A DNA stretch of 40,110 nucleotides from Octopus bimaculoides (taxonomy: Eukaryota): the NCBI RefSeq assembly GCF_001194135.2, contig NC_069007.1:1168181-1208290 (forward strand). The letters are read 5' to 3'. Numbering within the stretch: the first letter of the stretch is position 1; the number at the start of each line of letters is the position of its first letter. The notes under the pieces were generated by a model, which was not told the DNA's origin, did no database searches, and saw nothing but the letters and a program-made list of their open reading frames with translations. Below are positions 13,041 to 24,330 of this stretch, piece by piece. A program made the position numbers and the translations under genes.

Positions 13041-13112
13041 CTAACTTTGGTGTAATGGTGATACATCTAAAATAGTCTCCGAAGAAGCAGGTTCAAATCT
13101 CGGTGGTAATCG
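13041..13112 (+). pseudogene. tRNA-Gln-like relic (tRNA pseudogene or isolated SINE head)
   Basis: TGGTGTAATGGT (13048-13059) and GTTCAAATCTCGGTGG (13091-13106) match the A-box/D-arm and T-arm of the metazoan tRNA-Gln sequence as I recall it, at tRNA-like spacing (31 nt between them). Anticodon arm and acceptor stem do not pair. Confidence 0.55.
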
Positions 13113-13187
13113 TCGAATGGTAAATTTTTTTTTTTTTACTAATGTTTTTTAACCACACATTTTACTTACTATTACTTAAATCTTTGA

Positions 13188-13626
13188 GGCGCTGTGCCGC
13201 CAGAATCGACAGTTCACCGGACAAAATGCTTAGCGAGTTCAAATTTCGCCGTGGTCAACTTCGCCTTTCCACCTGTCGGGGGTCTATAAAATAAGTATTA
13301 ATCAATCACTGGTGTCGATGTAATCGNNNNNNNNNNNNNNNNNNNNNNNNNNNNNNNNNNNNNNNNNNNNNNNNNNNNNNNNNNNNNNNNNNNNNNNNNN
13401 NNNNNNNNNNNNNNNNNNNNNNNNNNNNNNNNNNNNNNNNNNNNNNNNNNNNNNNNNNNNNNNNNNNNNNNNNNNNNNNNNNNNNNNNNNNNNNNNNNNN
13501 NNNNNNNNNNNNNNNNNNNNNNNNNNNNNNNNNNNNNNNNNNNNNNNNNNNNNNNNNNNNNNNNNNNNNNNNNNNNNNNNNNCCCACTCAAATTTAGGTC
13601 CTTAGACCTATGGCAGACAAGATTAT
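13188..13626 (+). mobile_element. SINE family 1 with an internal deletion, spanning an N gap
   Basis: GGCG...CAGAATCG...AAATGCTTAGC-GAGTTCAAATT...CTGGTGTCGATGTAATCG before the gap; 3' part after it. Confidence 0.75.
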
Positions 13627-14464
13627 CTAAATATTTATCAACTTCGTCTTCTACTATTGAAACAATGCAAGTGTGTGTGTGTGTGTGTGTGTGTATGGAA
13701 GTCTTTACTCGCACTTTACGCATTTTCTCGTATTTTCCCCCGCACCTATGCGCACAATATTAAATATCGTATTTTCGCAATAGCGTTTATTTCTTAAAAC
13801 ATTGTGCCTGCCTTTGAAGACTGATAACATTATTGATGAAACACTGGTTTATAAAATTAATATTCTAATATGTAAATAAGTTCACAAATACGACAGTTTA
13901 ATAAGATATTAAATGTAAGCGTAAAACAGGCTAAAAGTAGAGGATAAGAACCAAGAGAAATGAGGGAAGAGAATAGAAAAAGCGAAAAGGGAGAAAGGTG
14001 GAATCGAGAGACGTATTAAATGAGGAATGAAATCTATAAAAGAAAGAAAAACAAGCGATTTAAGAAGAGGTGTGGTGGAAGTGTTTGAGAGAACGAAAGA
14101 TCATTAAAGGAAGAAAACGACAAGAAATGTGATAATATAATTGTTGTGCATCACTGACGATGTTAATTTTACTGACAAGAGAGAATAATTTTCTCACATT
14201 CCATTTATTTCTATCCATGTGTATGTATGCGTGTGTATGCCTCTGTGTGTGCGTATGTATGTGTGTGTGTGTCTGTGTGTGTGTGAGCGATCACGCGTTC
14301 TTCCGTTGCTTGTTGTTACTTTCCCCGTGGTACATGGAACTCTATGTTGGTTCTACATACCAGCACTTGAATTCCTTAGACGATGTTTACATGCATTGAC
14401 ACTGCACTGGCAGGTACATTTTGCTGTTGTGTATAACTACTCTTTATCGAATGACTTCAGGTAC

Positions 14465-14615
14465 AGGAGTTGCTGTGTAATGAATCCTTCCCGTTCCCTT
14501 GTTTCCGGGTTCAGTCCCACTACGTGCCATCTTCGTCGAATGTCCTCTACTATAGTGTCGGGTCGACCAAAGCTTTGCGAGTGGAATTGGTAGAAAGGAA
14601 CAGAAAGAAACCCGT

Positions 14616-14616
<1 letters not shown>
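14465..14616 (+). mobile_element. SINE family 2, 5' half, running into a (TG)/(TA) microsatellite
   Basis: Aligns with 27977-28135 (GGGTTCAGTCCCACT...CTACTATAG...CAAAGC...GAGTGGA...AAAGAAACC). Confidence 0.75.
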
Positions 14617-14659
<43 letters not shown>

Positions 14660-14720
14660 GACGTACAAAGAAAACAAATAAGCATGGAAGAAAAAAATTG
14701 TAGGGATTAACGGTTCAACT

Positions 14721-14752
<32 letters not shown>

Positions 14753-14839
14753 NNNNNNNNNNNNNNNNNNNNNNNNNNNNNNNNNNNNNNNNNNNNNNNN
14801 NNNNNNNNNNNNNNNNNNNNNNNNNNNNNNNNNNNNNNN

Positions 14840-14885
<46 letters not shown>

Positions 14886-15574
14886 CTATATTTGTATTTA
14901 TGCATGTGTTTGCGTATATGTATTTATGTATATATATATATGTATATATGTATGTGTGTGCGTGCTCGCACGCGTGTGTTGAGTGTTTGTGTATGCGTGT
15001 GTATCATATTGTAATATTACATTTCTTGGGATTAATACTTATAAAGCGATTTATAATTTCAACCATATTGCCACAGAATCAAATATGTATATCAATATGA
15101 TTATTCATCTTCTTATCTTCCTTCTCCTTTCCCTTCTTCGCGATTTTAGTCTTCTTATTATTATCAATATTATCGCATCCACATTGATAATGATGATGTT
15201 GACGATGTTCACTAAGACAAAGTTAATGGCGGTGTATTGAGGGGATAAAGGATTGAAAAACAGAATCCTTAGAACTACGTCCCCAGATTAAATAGGAAGA
15301 GAAATTTTTAAATAATCGCTTACAATTTGATAGAATTCTTGATAAGCCGATGTTAACTAGAAGATTATGATAAAAAAGAAAAAAAAAACAGCTTCAAGAA
15401 AGAAATATGGAACATTAAAAATTACAGCAGAATATCACAGGCACGCTACGCATTCTGCGTTGTGGCTGGAGATGATAGTTAATACTCCCTTATTTTATAA
15501 GTAAATAATTCGTGGATAATGGATTTGTAAACGAGATTACCGCCGCAATAGAGTAAGCTTTCTTTTTGTTGTAG

Positions 15575-15749
15575 TTGTACATTTAGAGCTGACCTGATAC
15601 CTAACAACAACAGCAACAATAACGGAAGTATCTTACACAATAACAACAGCAAAAACAGTCGTGGCAGCGGCAGCAGTAGCAAATTCAGTAAAAGCAACAC
15701 TCGAGGGTCGCTTCCTGATATGATCACAATGCAAACAACCAGAGCGTAA
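15575..15749 (+). other. Candidate 3'-terminal exon (unidentified)
   Basis: Acceptor ctttctttttgttgtag. Phase-2 frame CTFRADLIPNNNSNNNGSILHNNNSKNSRGSGSSSKFSKSNTRGSLPDMITMQTTRA*; AATAAA at 15842. Much of the openness comes from (AAC/AGC)n repeats. Confidence 0.2.
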
Positions 15750-16273
15750 CTCGGTATTTGAATCGGGGCATGTCACATTCATTATATTATAGCTGTAGAC
15801 GTCAAACCTGGATTATCACGGTTGCAATTGGATTAGAAGGGAATAAACCTGGATCTGGGTCTCTTTCTCTCACTCAGCACTCAAGTACACACACACACAC
15901 ATACACATACACAACGACACACACAAACAGAAATACACACACGCATTATTTAATAGTAGTCTTTATTTGGCTGTCTGGAAATCAAACTTTCGTGGGCTCA
16001 TCCATCGTAGGTAACCGAAACCGCTTAGCTAAGCTTTATGAGCTACTACGTAAAGAACCGAATAATCTTGTTAGTAAATAATGTGTGTTACTATTGCCAA
16101 ATGTGTTTAGTGGCACTTTCTTGGTTTGGCCACTCATTCGTCCAGATTGATCGCTAGCCACTAAGCCTTCTTTTTTATATTGAATAAAATTTGTAGAAAA
16201 AATGCCGGAATGATTATGCACCAACCCAATATATATATATACAGTAAGAGAGAGAAAGAGAGAAGGGGGGGGT

Positions 16274-16317
<44 letters not shown>

Positions 16318-16932
16318 CAAATTTGCAGAAAACAAAAGACGAAGACGGGTGAAGGAATAATAAGCAGGTAGCAGGTAGTTTGACGCTCGGTGGGGGGAAT
16401 TGTCTTTGACGAGCCTACGTTCTTCCACAGAAATTAATGAGAGGTGGGAAAAAAGGAAAGAGAACGTAAAGAGACGGAGAGAGAAAAGAATGTATAAGAT
16501 TTCACAGTTCAACGAGATGGAATGACGTCTATAAGCATTAGATTTCCTTTACTTCTGAAGCTTCATGATATCGATCAGGCATGCCTTTCATCTGAGCACA
16601 TCTGAGAGGACTTAGGGGTTTCTGCAAATGATCATACCCCTTCACAGCGGTCTTCATTTATAGTTCCCACATATTTCCCAGTGTAGGTACAACATTGCCG
16701 TATTATACCAACAGACGTGTGGGTTTCGTTACTTTAATTGTTGTTGATAGCATAGTACATCTTCTATGTGTGCTGAATGCATTCGATGGCAACTAAACGT
16801 AGTTTGTGACGTCCAATGTAAAGTATGAGGAACATAGATTCAACAAGCTGTCAGATATTACCAGATAATAAGCATACGGCGTAAGTGTCCTATGTGTGCT
16901 GCAAAGAATATAATGTAACTATATGCGTTCCA

Positions 16933-17020
16933 TTATTCAATTGAAAATTGCGTAGGATGTTGGCGATGCCGAGCAGGGTCACTTTCTGATCTGTGCCCTG
17001 TCAGCCCAGCTATAACTTCT
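16933..17020 (-). mobile_element. Extreme C-terminus of an R4-like (RT plus restriction-like endonuclease) non-LTR element, decayed
   Basis: Minus strand gives (I)AGLTG..QKVTLLGIANILRN then FSIE*. This resembles the terminal motif QK..LLGTA(H/R)ILRK.LS* of R4/Dong/Rex6-type ORFs, recalled from memory. Confidence 0.55.
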
Positions 17021-17205
17021 ATGATTTTATTAATCTTCTTCTCTACAACGCATAATCCTTCTTTTGTTATTTGCAAGGATTTTATTTATTTTTATGCACC
17101 ATATATTGCTTATTTTATTCTAAACATCCATGTTCTGCCATCGTCATTTCATCGTCTTCCGGGCAATGTTTTGGCCAAATCGAAGTGAGATATTCGTCAG
17201 CAAAG

Positions 17206-17241
<36 letters not shown>

Positions 17242-17557
17242 CACATACATAGGTAGACACATATATACACATTGTACTATATACATATACAGACACATAA
17301 ACATACATACATANNNNNNNNNNNNNNNNNNNNNNNNNNNNNNNNNNNNNNNNNNNNNNNNNNNNNNNNNNNNNNNNNNNNNNNNNNNNNNNNNNNNNNN
17401 NNNNNNNNNNNNNNNNNNNNNNNNNNNNNNNNNNNNNNNNNNNNNNNNNNNNNNNNNNNNNNNNNNNNNNNNNNNNNNNNNNNNNNNNNNNNNNNNNNNN
17501 NNNNNNNTATATATATATACATATATATATATTTATTTATTTACATACACACATACC

Positions 17558-17606
<49 letters not shown>

Positions 17607-17622
17607 GCATGTACATTATACG

Positions 17623-17667
<45 letters not shown>

Positions 17668-18037
17668 CTATGCATACACATGCATATATAGTGGCCTTAT
17701 TGATATGTAGTTCTAGTAGAGAGGGAAGGAGTAGCAACTGGGTGACTTGATGAGGAGGAAAGGGTGGGAAGAACGAGCTGCGGGGGGAGGCGGTGTTGAA
17801 TGTGGTTTGAGATGGCCATGAGCTGCGGTAATGATAGGTGAGATAATGAGGACAACGAAGACGAAGGCGACGATACTGATGACGTTGATGATGATGATGA
17901 TGGTGGCGCTGATGATGATGGTGATGATGATGATGATGATGATAATGGCTTATCGTGTACATACTGAATTACAATAAATTGAATTGTACCCACATATACA
18001 TACACACAAACACATACATATAAGATTATATGCGCAC

Positions 18038-18078
<41 letters not shown>

Positions 18079-18149
18079 TGTGTGTGTACATATATATATA
18101 TATATACATACGTATACATACATATATCATATATATATAGCTCAAACAT

Positions 18150-18303
18150 GATATCAGCTACCTGCACCACCAACGCAATCACCAGCTCCGAGTACACCGC
18201 GACCACCACCACCAAACATTTTCTCCCATTGCAATCATGATCACCACTACCTCTGCAACCACCAACTCCTGTGTCGTTACCAAATTCACCGCCATATATG
18301 GTT
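18150..18303 (+). repeat. Copy 1 of a local direct duplication (154 nt)
   Basis: Matches 19491-19617 at 124/127 aligned nt and carries an extra 27 nt. Confidence 0.95.
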
Positions 18304-19371
18304 ATAAATGGTACTTCCTGCAGGCGCTTCTCGAGGGTGGCCACGTCAACAATAGATAGAGAAAACCAAAAATGCTGTATGAAAAACTAAAAATAGCTTT
18401 TCGTTAATTTCTTTTTTTTTTTTCTTTTGCTATACCAATCCGGAGTACGGAATTAAGAATCTAAGATTTGAAGACTCAGAAATACAGAAAAAAGAAATTC
18501 AAAATTATTTTTTCTTGTCTTTCACGCGTCGAAAGAAAAAAATGCGATTACGAATATCTGTGAGTGGTTTCGCTGTTTTCTTCACGTTTGTTGTCACTTA
18601 CGCACAGATTCTCTGTGAGAGTCGCTCTCGGTACTTCACCTTATAAATGCACACACACACACACTCTATGTATGTGTGTATATATATATATATTTATATA
18701 TACATACATACATTTATATATGTATATGTATCTCCATATGTATATANNNNNNNNNNNNNNNNNNNNNNNNNNNNNNNNNNNNNNNNNNNNNNNNNNNNNN
18801 NNNNNNNNNNNNNNNNNNNNNNNNNNNNNNNNNNNNNNNNNNNNNNNNNNNNNNNNNNNNNNNNNNNNNNNNNNNNNNNNNNNNNNNNNNNNNNNNNNNN
18901 NNNNNNNNNNNNNNNNNNNNNNNNNNNNNNNNNNNNNNNNNNNNNNNNNNNNNNNNNNNNNNNNNNNNNNNNNNNNNNNNNNNNNNNNNNNNNNNNNNNN
19001 NNNNNNNNNNNNNNNNNNNNNNNNNNNNNNNNNNNNNNNNNNNNNNNNNNNNNNNNNNNNNNNNNNNNNNNNNNNNNNNNNNNNNNNNNNNNNNNNNNNN
19101 NNNNNNNNNNNNNNNNNNNNNNNNNNNNNNNNNNNNNNNNNNNNNNNNNNNNNNNNNNNNNNNNNNNNNNNNNNNNNNNNNNNNNNNNNNNNNNNNNNNN
19201 NNNNNNNNNNNNNNNNNNNNNNNNNNNNNNNNNNNNNNNNNNNNNNNNNNNNNNNNNNNNNNNNNNNNNNNNNNNNNNNNNNNNNNNNNNNNNNNNNNNN
19301 NNNNNNNNNNNNNNNNNNNNNNNNNNNNNNNNNNNNNNNNNNNNNNNNNNNNNNNNNNNNNNNNNNNNNNN

Positions 19372-19404
<33 letters not shown>

Positions 19405-19490
19405 CCCTTAGTGGGTTGAATCCTCAACCCCTAACTCTCTTGCATTGTATATATATGTATATATATATATGTATATATATAAATAACAAA

Positions 19491-19617
19491 GATATCAGCT
19501 ACCTGCACCACCAACGCAATCACCAGCTCCGAGTACACCGCGACCACCACCACCAAACATTTTCTTCCATTGCAATCATGATCAACACTTCCTCTGCAAC
19601 CACCGCCATATATGGTT
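19491..19617 (+). repeat. Copy 2 of the local direct duplication (127 nt)
   Basis: First 75 nt identical to copy 1; 3 substitutions; 27-nt indel bounded by CACC microhomology. Confidence 0.95.
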
Positions 19618-20279
19618 TTCATGTGTGCATGTAAAGATGTATATACGCATGTAAAGACAAACATATATGTATGTATGTAAATGCACACACACACACATAT
19701 ATAACGTATATCATATATATATAAGGTATATTATGTATATATATACATATAGAGATGTATGTGTTTCCTATGTATTTATAGAGAAATTAGCATTGGATCC
19801 AAAGCTCCAAAATAAGAATGTGATTAGGATTCTTGGATTTAGGCATGTTAATAGATTTATGCGTAGGCACATGGACACCGACACCGTCACACACAATCAT
19901 GTGTATACACATATACATATACACGTGTAGACACACACAAATATATATGCTCAGCCTTCTGTACGCATGTATGTCTTTCTGTGCGTTTCTTCGTACGTCT
20001 TATTGGTAAGATTTGTTCCTAGCAGATTGACAAAAAAACCAAATATTGTTTCGGGCTGCACAAGAAAATCTAATCCTAAAAATACATTAGAACCAGACGA
20101 ATAAAATATAAATGGCGCAAGAATCTGTAATTACACTCCAGTAATATTCCCTCAAAAAGACAGTTCTTTTCTTACAACATACCCATTTATATTCTTTGAA
20201 CTCAAAAATCAGACTCTCAGAACAAGTATACACTCTCTGTATTTATGCGTGTACGTGTGACTTGAGAAATTATGTTCTT

Positions 20280-20388
<109 letters not shown>

Positions 20389-20514
20389 CACACACACACG
20401 GCAGCCTTCAACTCATTCGAAACAAATTGTTTTGCATCTCAGTATCTACAGACTGTTATTGCTGTCTCTATGTACTTCTGATGTTGCCCTTTCCGAAAAA
20501 TAATCATATACGTG

Positions 20515-20545
<31 letters not shown>

Positions 20546-20660
20546 GTTGCTTTTAGATAAATATAATACTTTTGACTGTCTGTGGTTAAAACATCTTAAG
20601 TAAGGTAGATAAAAACAGGACCTTATAACTTCTTTATATCTCGGATAAACTCTCAACTTT

Positions 20661-20720
20661 ATTACAACTGTCAGTTTCACCGCATCTTTGGATCCTCAGA
20701 TAATGAGATTAATCTACCTT
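20661..20720 (-). repeat. 60-nt repeat unit, copy A (hammerhead-like core, see findings)
   Basis: 48/60 ungapped identity to 21499-21558 (same orientation) and 45/60 to 23410-23469 (inverted). Confidence 0.85.
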
Positions 20721-21498
20721 TCTTTTACGACTGATTAGCTGTTTGCGAGTGTTTGTGTACATCTCTCTTCATAGAGTGTAATTACATATATATATTCATG
20801 TGTGTGTGTGTGTGTGTGTGTGAGTGTTTTGGAATATCTCGAAGCACGCTTAGAAAGCAATAAATAAAAGTATGGAAATATTGGATGAAAAAAAAGTTTT
20901 GTATAGGAAAATTCTGAAGCTGATCGTGGGACACGAATCTTATCCACTGTAAGCATTGCAGGTGTCCTACCATTGGATCCAACCAATCATCGAATTCCTC
21001 TGCCCTTTTTAGACCTTTTGTTCGTATCACCCAGAATTTTATGCTCTTGTCTTCATAAAAAATTTAATAAATTCTCGTGAGAACGGTAGTAACTCCTTTT
21101 AGGAATATTTCGTGGCGTCTATATAATGCTATAAATGGTAGCCTGTAAATATTGTATCGAAAAACTCTTTGAGATTGAAAAAAAGTCTGGAAAGGCAAAA
21201 GGTTCTCACACTGCGGAAAGTTTCACAAACCCTCTATATTTTAGGTGCAAATGTACATCCTCAGAAGAAAAACGGTCTGGAAAATATCTAGTTAAAGATA
21301 TTCTGTTAACCAATTGAAATTTCTCAGCATTATGTTAGCGGTAGTGTAATCAACTCTGCACGTGTTGGTATATACAAACATCTAAATCTCGTTGTAGACA
21401 ACTCAGGTCTTTGTGTTGAATTAGCTTAAGTAACAGAGAAAAAGTGCAAAGGTGCCTACCTTGAAATGCCTGCAAACTCAGCATAAATCCTCCAACAC

Positions 21499-21558
21499 AC
21501 TTTAACTCTCAGTTCCACCGTATCTTCTGGTCATCAGATAATGACACTAATCTACCTT
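21499..21558 (-). repeat. 60-nt repeat unit, copy C
   Basis: Direct repeat of copy A, 838 nt away. Confidence 0.85.
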
Positions 21559-23039
21559 CATTCAGTTGCCGATGATATAGCAATGGATGAAAATGTATAT
21601 TTTTAACGAAATCTTTCAATTACGCACGGTGGTTTACTATTTGCCTCTCTGTGTATAGACTGTACATATTTTTAGTTTAAGCAGCTCAACACAAGTGTCT
21701 ATATATGCCTTGTTTCCACTCTTTTCAATGTACTCTAAAACACGATTTAATTCTAAACAAATTTTTAAAAAGTAATCGTTTAAACTGTTGCACTACATCA
21801 AGGAAAAGTAATATCTCTAAGACACTTATTAACGGAAATTCAAATAAATATCGTATATTTATATCAGGTTCTGTTTAAGTAAATATATATTTACATATAT
21901 ATTAATATAAATTAATATAAATATACTTTATATTGTAAGACATTTATATTTATATTAATATATTTGATAAATATTTCAATATGAATTAATAAAAATGTAA
22001 GTTCACAATTAAAAAAAAATCACAGCGTTTATAACGATAGCGCATACTTGTTTATAATTGATATTAAATTTATGATTGGAAATCCAGAGTCAAATAGAAA
22101 TATTGCACTTTTATTGGATAAATTTGTACTCATCCTCTTAACTGACGGAGATCCATTTGCTTTTTAGATAATGGATCGACCGACGATTTCAATAATGACT
22201 ATTAATTTGTTTGATCTGCCGGACATCTAATTCTTGTAATTAACCGGTTAAACACCCGAGTCGGCCACACTACTCGTGTACCCTAAACGTACGTCTATTT
22301 ACAGGGAGAACCTCTAATGAGAAAACGGGTTTATTATTTTTATTATTATTGCAGATATAATTTATTCATCGGTTTCCAGAGCCCGTCTGGCCAAGTTTCA
22401 ACGTCATGTCTTTGGCCAATAAATGGTAAGGATAAAAGGAACTATGTCCACATTGCGAAATCCCAAACCTGACTTGGAATTGAAAGCCGATCATCATGAC
22501 TGCGAAACAAATTTCAATATCGTTCGGTTGAACTGCTTCTAAGATTTTACGCCTAAACAAACGATGATATTTTTTCTTAATTTGGATTGGTTCTTAGCAA
22601 TGAAGAAATCAATATCGTTGATCGATAACGAAATATTTATCAATATATGAGGGTAAACGTTTCAATAATTTCAATTTTAAACTCATATTGATATTGTGTC
22701 TTGCGGTGAGTGACTTCCATTTGTTTATCTCATAACAGTCAATTATTTATGTATATTTATATCGAGTGGGAGAATATACCCGGGAGGGGAAAAAGGACGG
22801 TATGAACAAACTCGGATTTTAATGTGCGGTAATTAGCTTGCTTACACTCGACGCAGATAGCTAGATAGATAGGTACAGATATATACATATGTATATACAT
22901 ATATGTTTATATACACTCACACACCTATATATACATATATATACACATATACATATACCTTATTAAAAGCACCAGATATATCACAAAAACTGTTCCTCAG
23001 AGTTTCACGTTCCCGCTCCTCGGACAGTTTTGTTACATA

Positions 23040-23224
23040 TACATTTATATATATGTATATACATTTAGATATATATATATGTATATATATATATACATTT
23101 ATATATATATATATACATTTATATATATATATACATTTATATATATATATATACATTTATATATATATATATACATTTATATATATATATATACATTTAT
23201 ATATATATATATACATTTATATAT
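23040..23224. repeat. About 20-bp minisatellite, (TA)n-CATTTA units
   Basis: ACATTT at 23041, 23061, 23095, 23115, 23133, 23153, 23173, 23193 and 23213. Confidence 0.95.
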
Positions 23225-23409
23225 NNNNNNNNNNNNNNNNNNNNNNATATATGTATCTATCTATCTATCCCTATATATATCAAAGCACGAACTTTGACAC
23301 ACTCACACAGACAAGAATAGAAGGTTGAATAGTCAAACGTCACGAAGATTTCAAGATTTATTTGATAAAATCTTTTCTCCTTCATCATTATCTCTAAGGT
23401 GATAGACGG

Positions 23410-23469
23410 AAGGTAGATTAATCTTTTATGCGAGGGATCCGATGTGACGGCAAAACTGACAGTTGTAAT
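23410..23469 (+). repeat. 60-nt repeat unit, copy B (inverted relative to A and C)
   Basis: First 15 and last 17 nt identical to the reverse complement of copy A, with identical spacing. Confidence 0.85.
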
Positions 23470-24286
23470 ACACACGATGGATAATCCAGCGTTTAATTAA
23501 TGTTATCTATATGTCTATCTATCTATCTATTACTTCTCTATATGTCTTTGTGTCTGGTTATCTACACACTCACACGCACACACACACACACACACACACA
23601 TACACGGATGCACCTACATTTGTTCTTCGTAATGGAAGACGTTGCAAGATCGAATAGCTCGTTCTGCAACGATAAAGCATCAAGTTCTTTCCCAAAGCGC
23701 GGTATATATNNNNNNNNNNTAAAAAAAAAGCAACACAGATTTTTAAAGGTTATTTCAGTACGCACGTTTCATGCCACTCCATTTATTTAAGTAATGAGAG
23801 CATTATATTAAATACAAAATGCCGAGCAATCTTCAGTTGCCAAGTGATATAGAAAATTTACTGTTAATTTATTTCAGCAGAATGGACATAATACCGTTGT
23901 GACAACATTAAAAAATATAAGTGGGAAAGAAGAATACATAAAAAAACTATCTTGACATAACCAAGGCTAGCAGGCTAGTCCAAAATTATTTTGGATTTAG
24001 CGCGAAACTGTTCGACTCGTAACGGATGCAAGGAAGCTAGTTGGATTTTTCATATTCAGTATTTTACAACTTCCTGGGGCGAAGTAAGGCATAACCCAGA
24101 ATTCGAGATCATGAACCAGATATTTCAATTACCTACTTCTAATGCTTTAAGCTGGTATGTTAAGTTTTTCTTCTTTTGCTCGATTTCTGCTAGTCGGTTA
24201 TGTTTTTCATTGTGACTTGTGGCTTATTTGAGGTTTTTAATAGTTATATCTAGCAATCTGGTGTTTCGTGTACCCTCTATTATACA

Positions 24287-24330
<44 letters not shown>

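Noticed and set aside
17697-18344. 215-aa minus-strand ORF with an apparent hydrophobic segment and Ser-rich tail
   Set aside because: It crosses (TA)/(TG) microsatellites and (CAT)n/(GGT)n tracts, and its 5' part is the duplicated low-complexity unit. Openness is explained by the repeats.
18602-18639. 38-nt minus-strand exon candidate (VKYRERLSQRIC), phase-compatible with 12872-12973
   Set aside because: Poor polypyrimidine tract (a TG repeat), and the joined peptide is unrecognisable.
20782-21222. 147-codon minus-strand frame with one internal stop (21064-21066)
   Set aside because: No recognisable motif. By my rough estimate, a few such one-stop runs are expected by chance across six frames of 36 kb.
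20661-21558. Reading the 60-nt unit in the invertebrate mitochondrial code (ATG/ATA and TGA/TGG become synonymous)
   Set aside because: The peptide (GSLISLSEDPKMRWNW) matches no mitochondrial protein I know, and the same positions are third positions in the plus-strand frame. Not called a NUMT.
21897-21963. 16-bp inverted repeat in very AT-rich sequence
   Set aside because: Expected in near-pure A/T low-complexity DNA.
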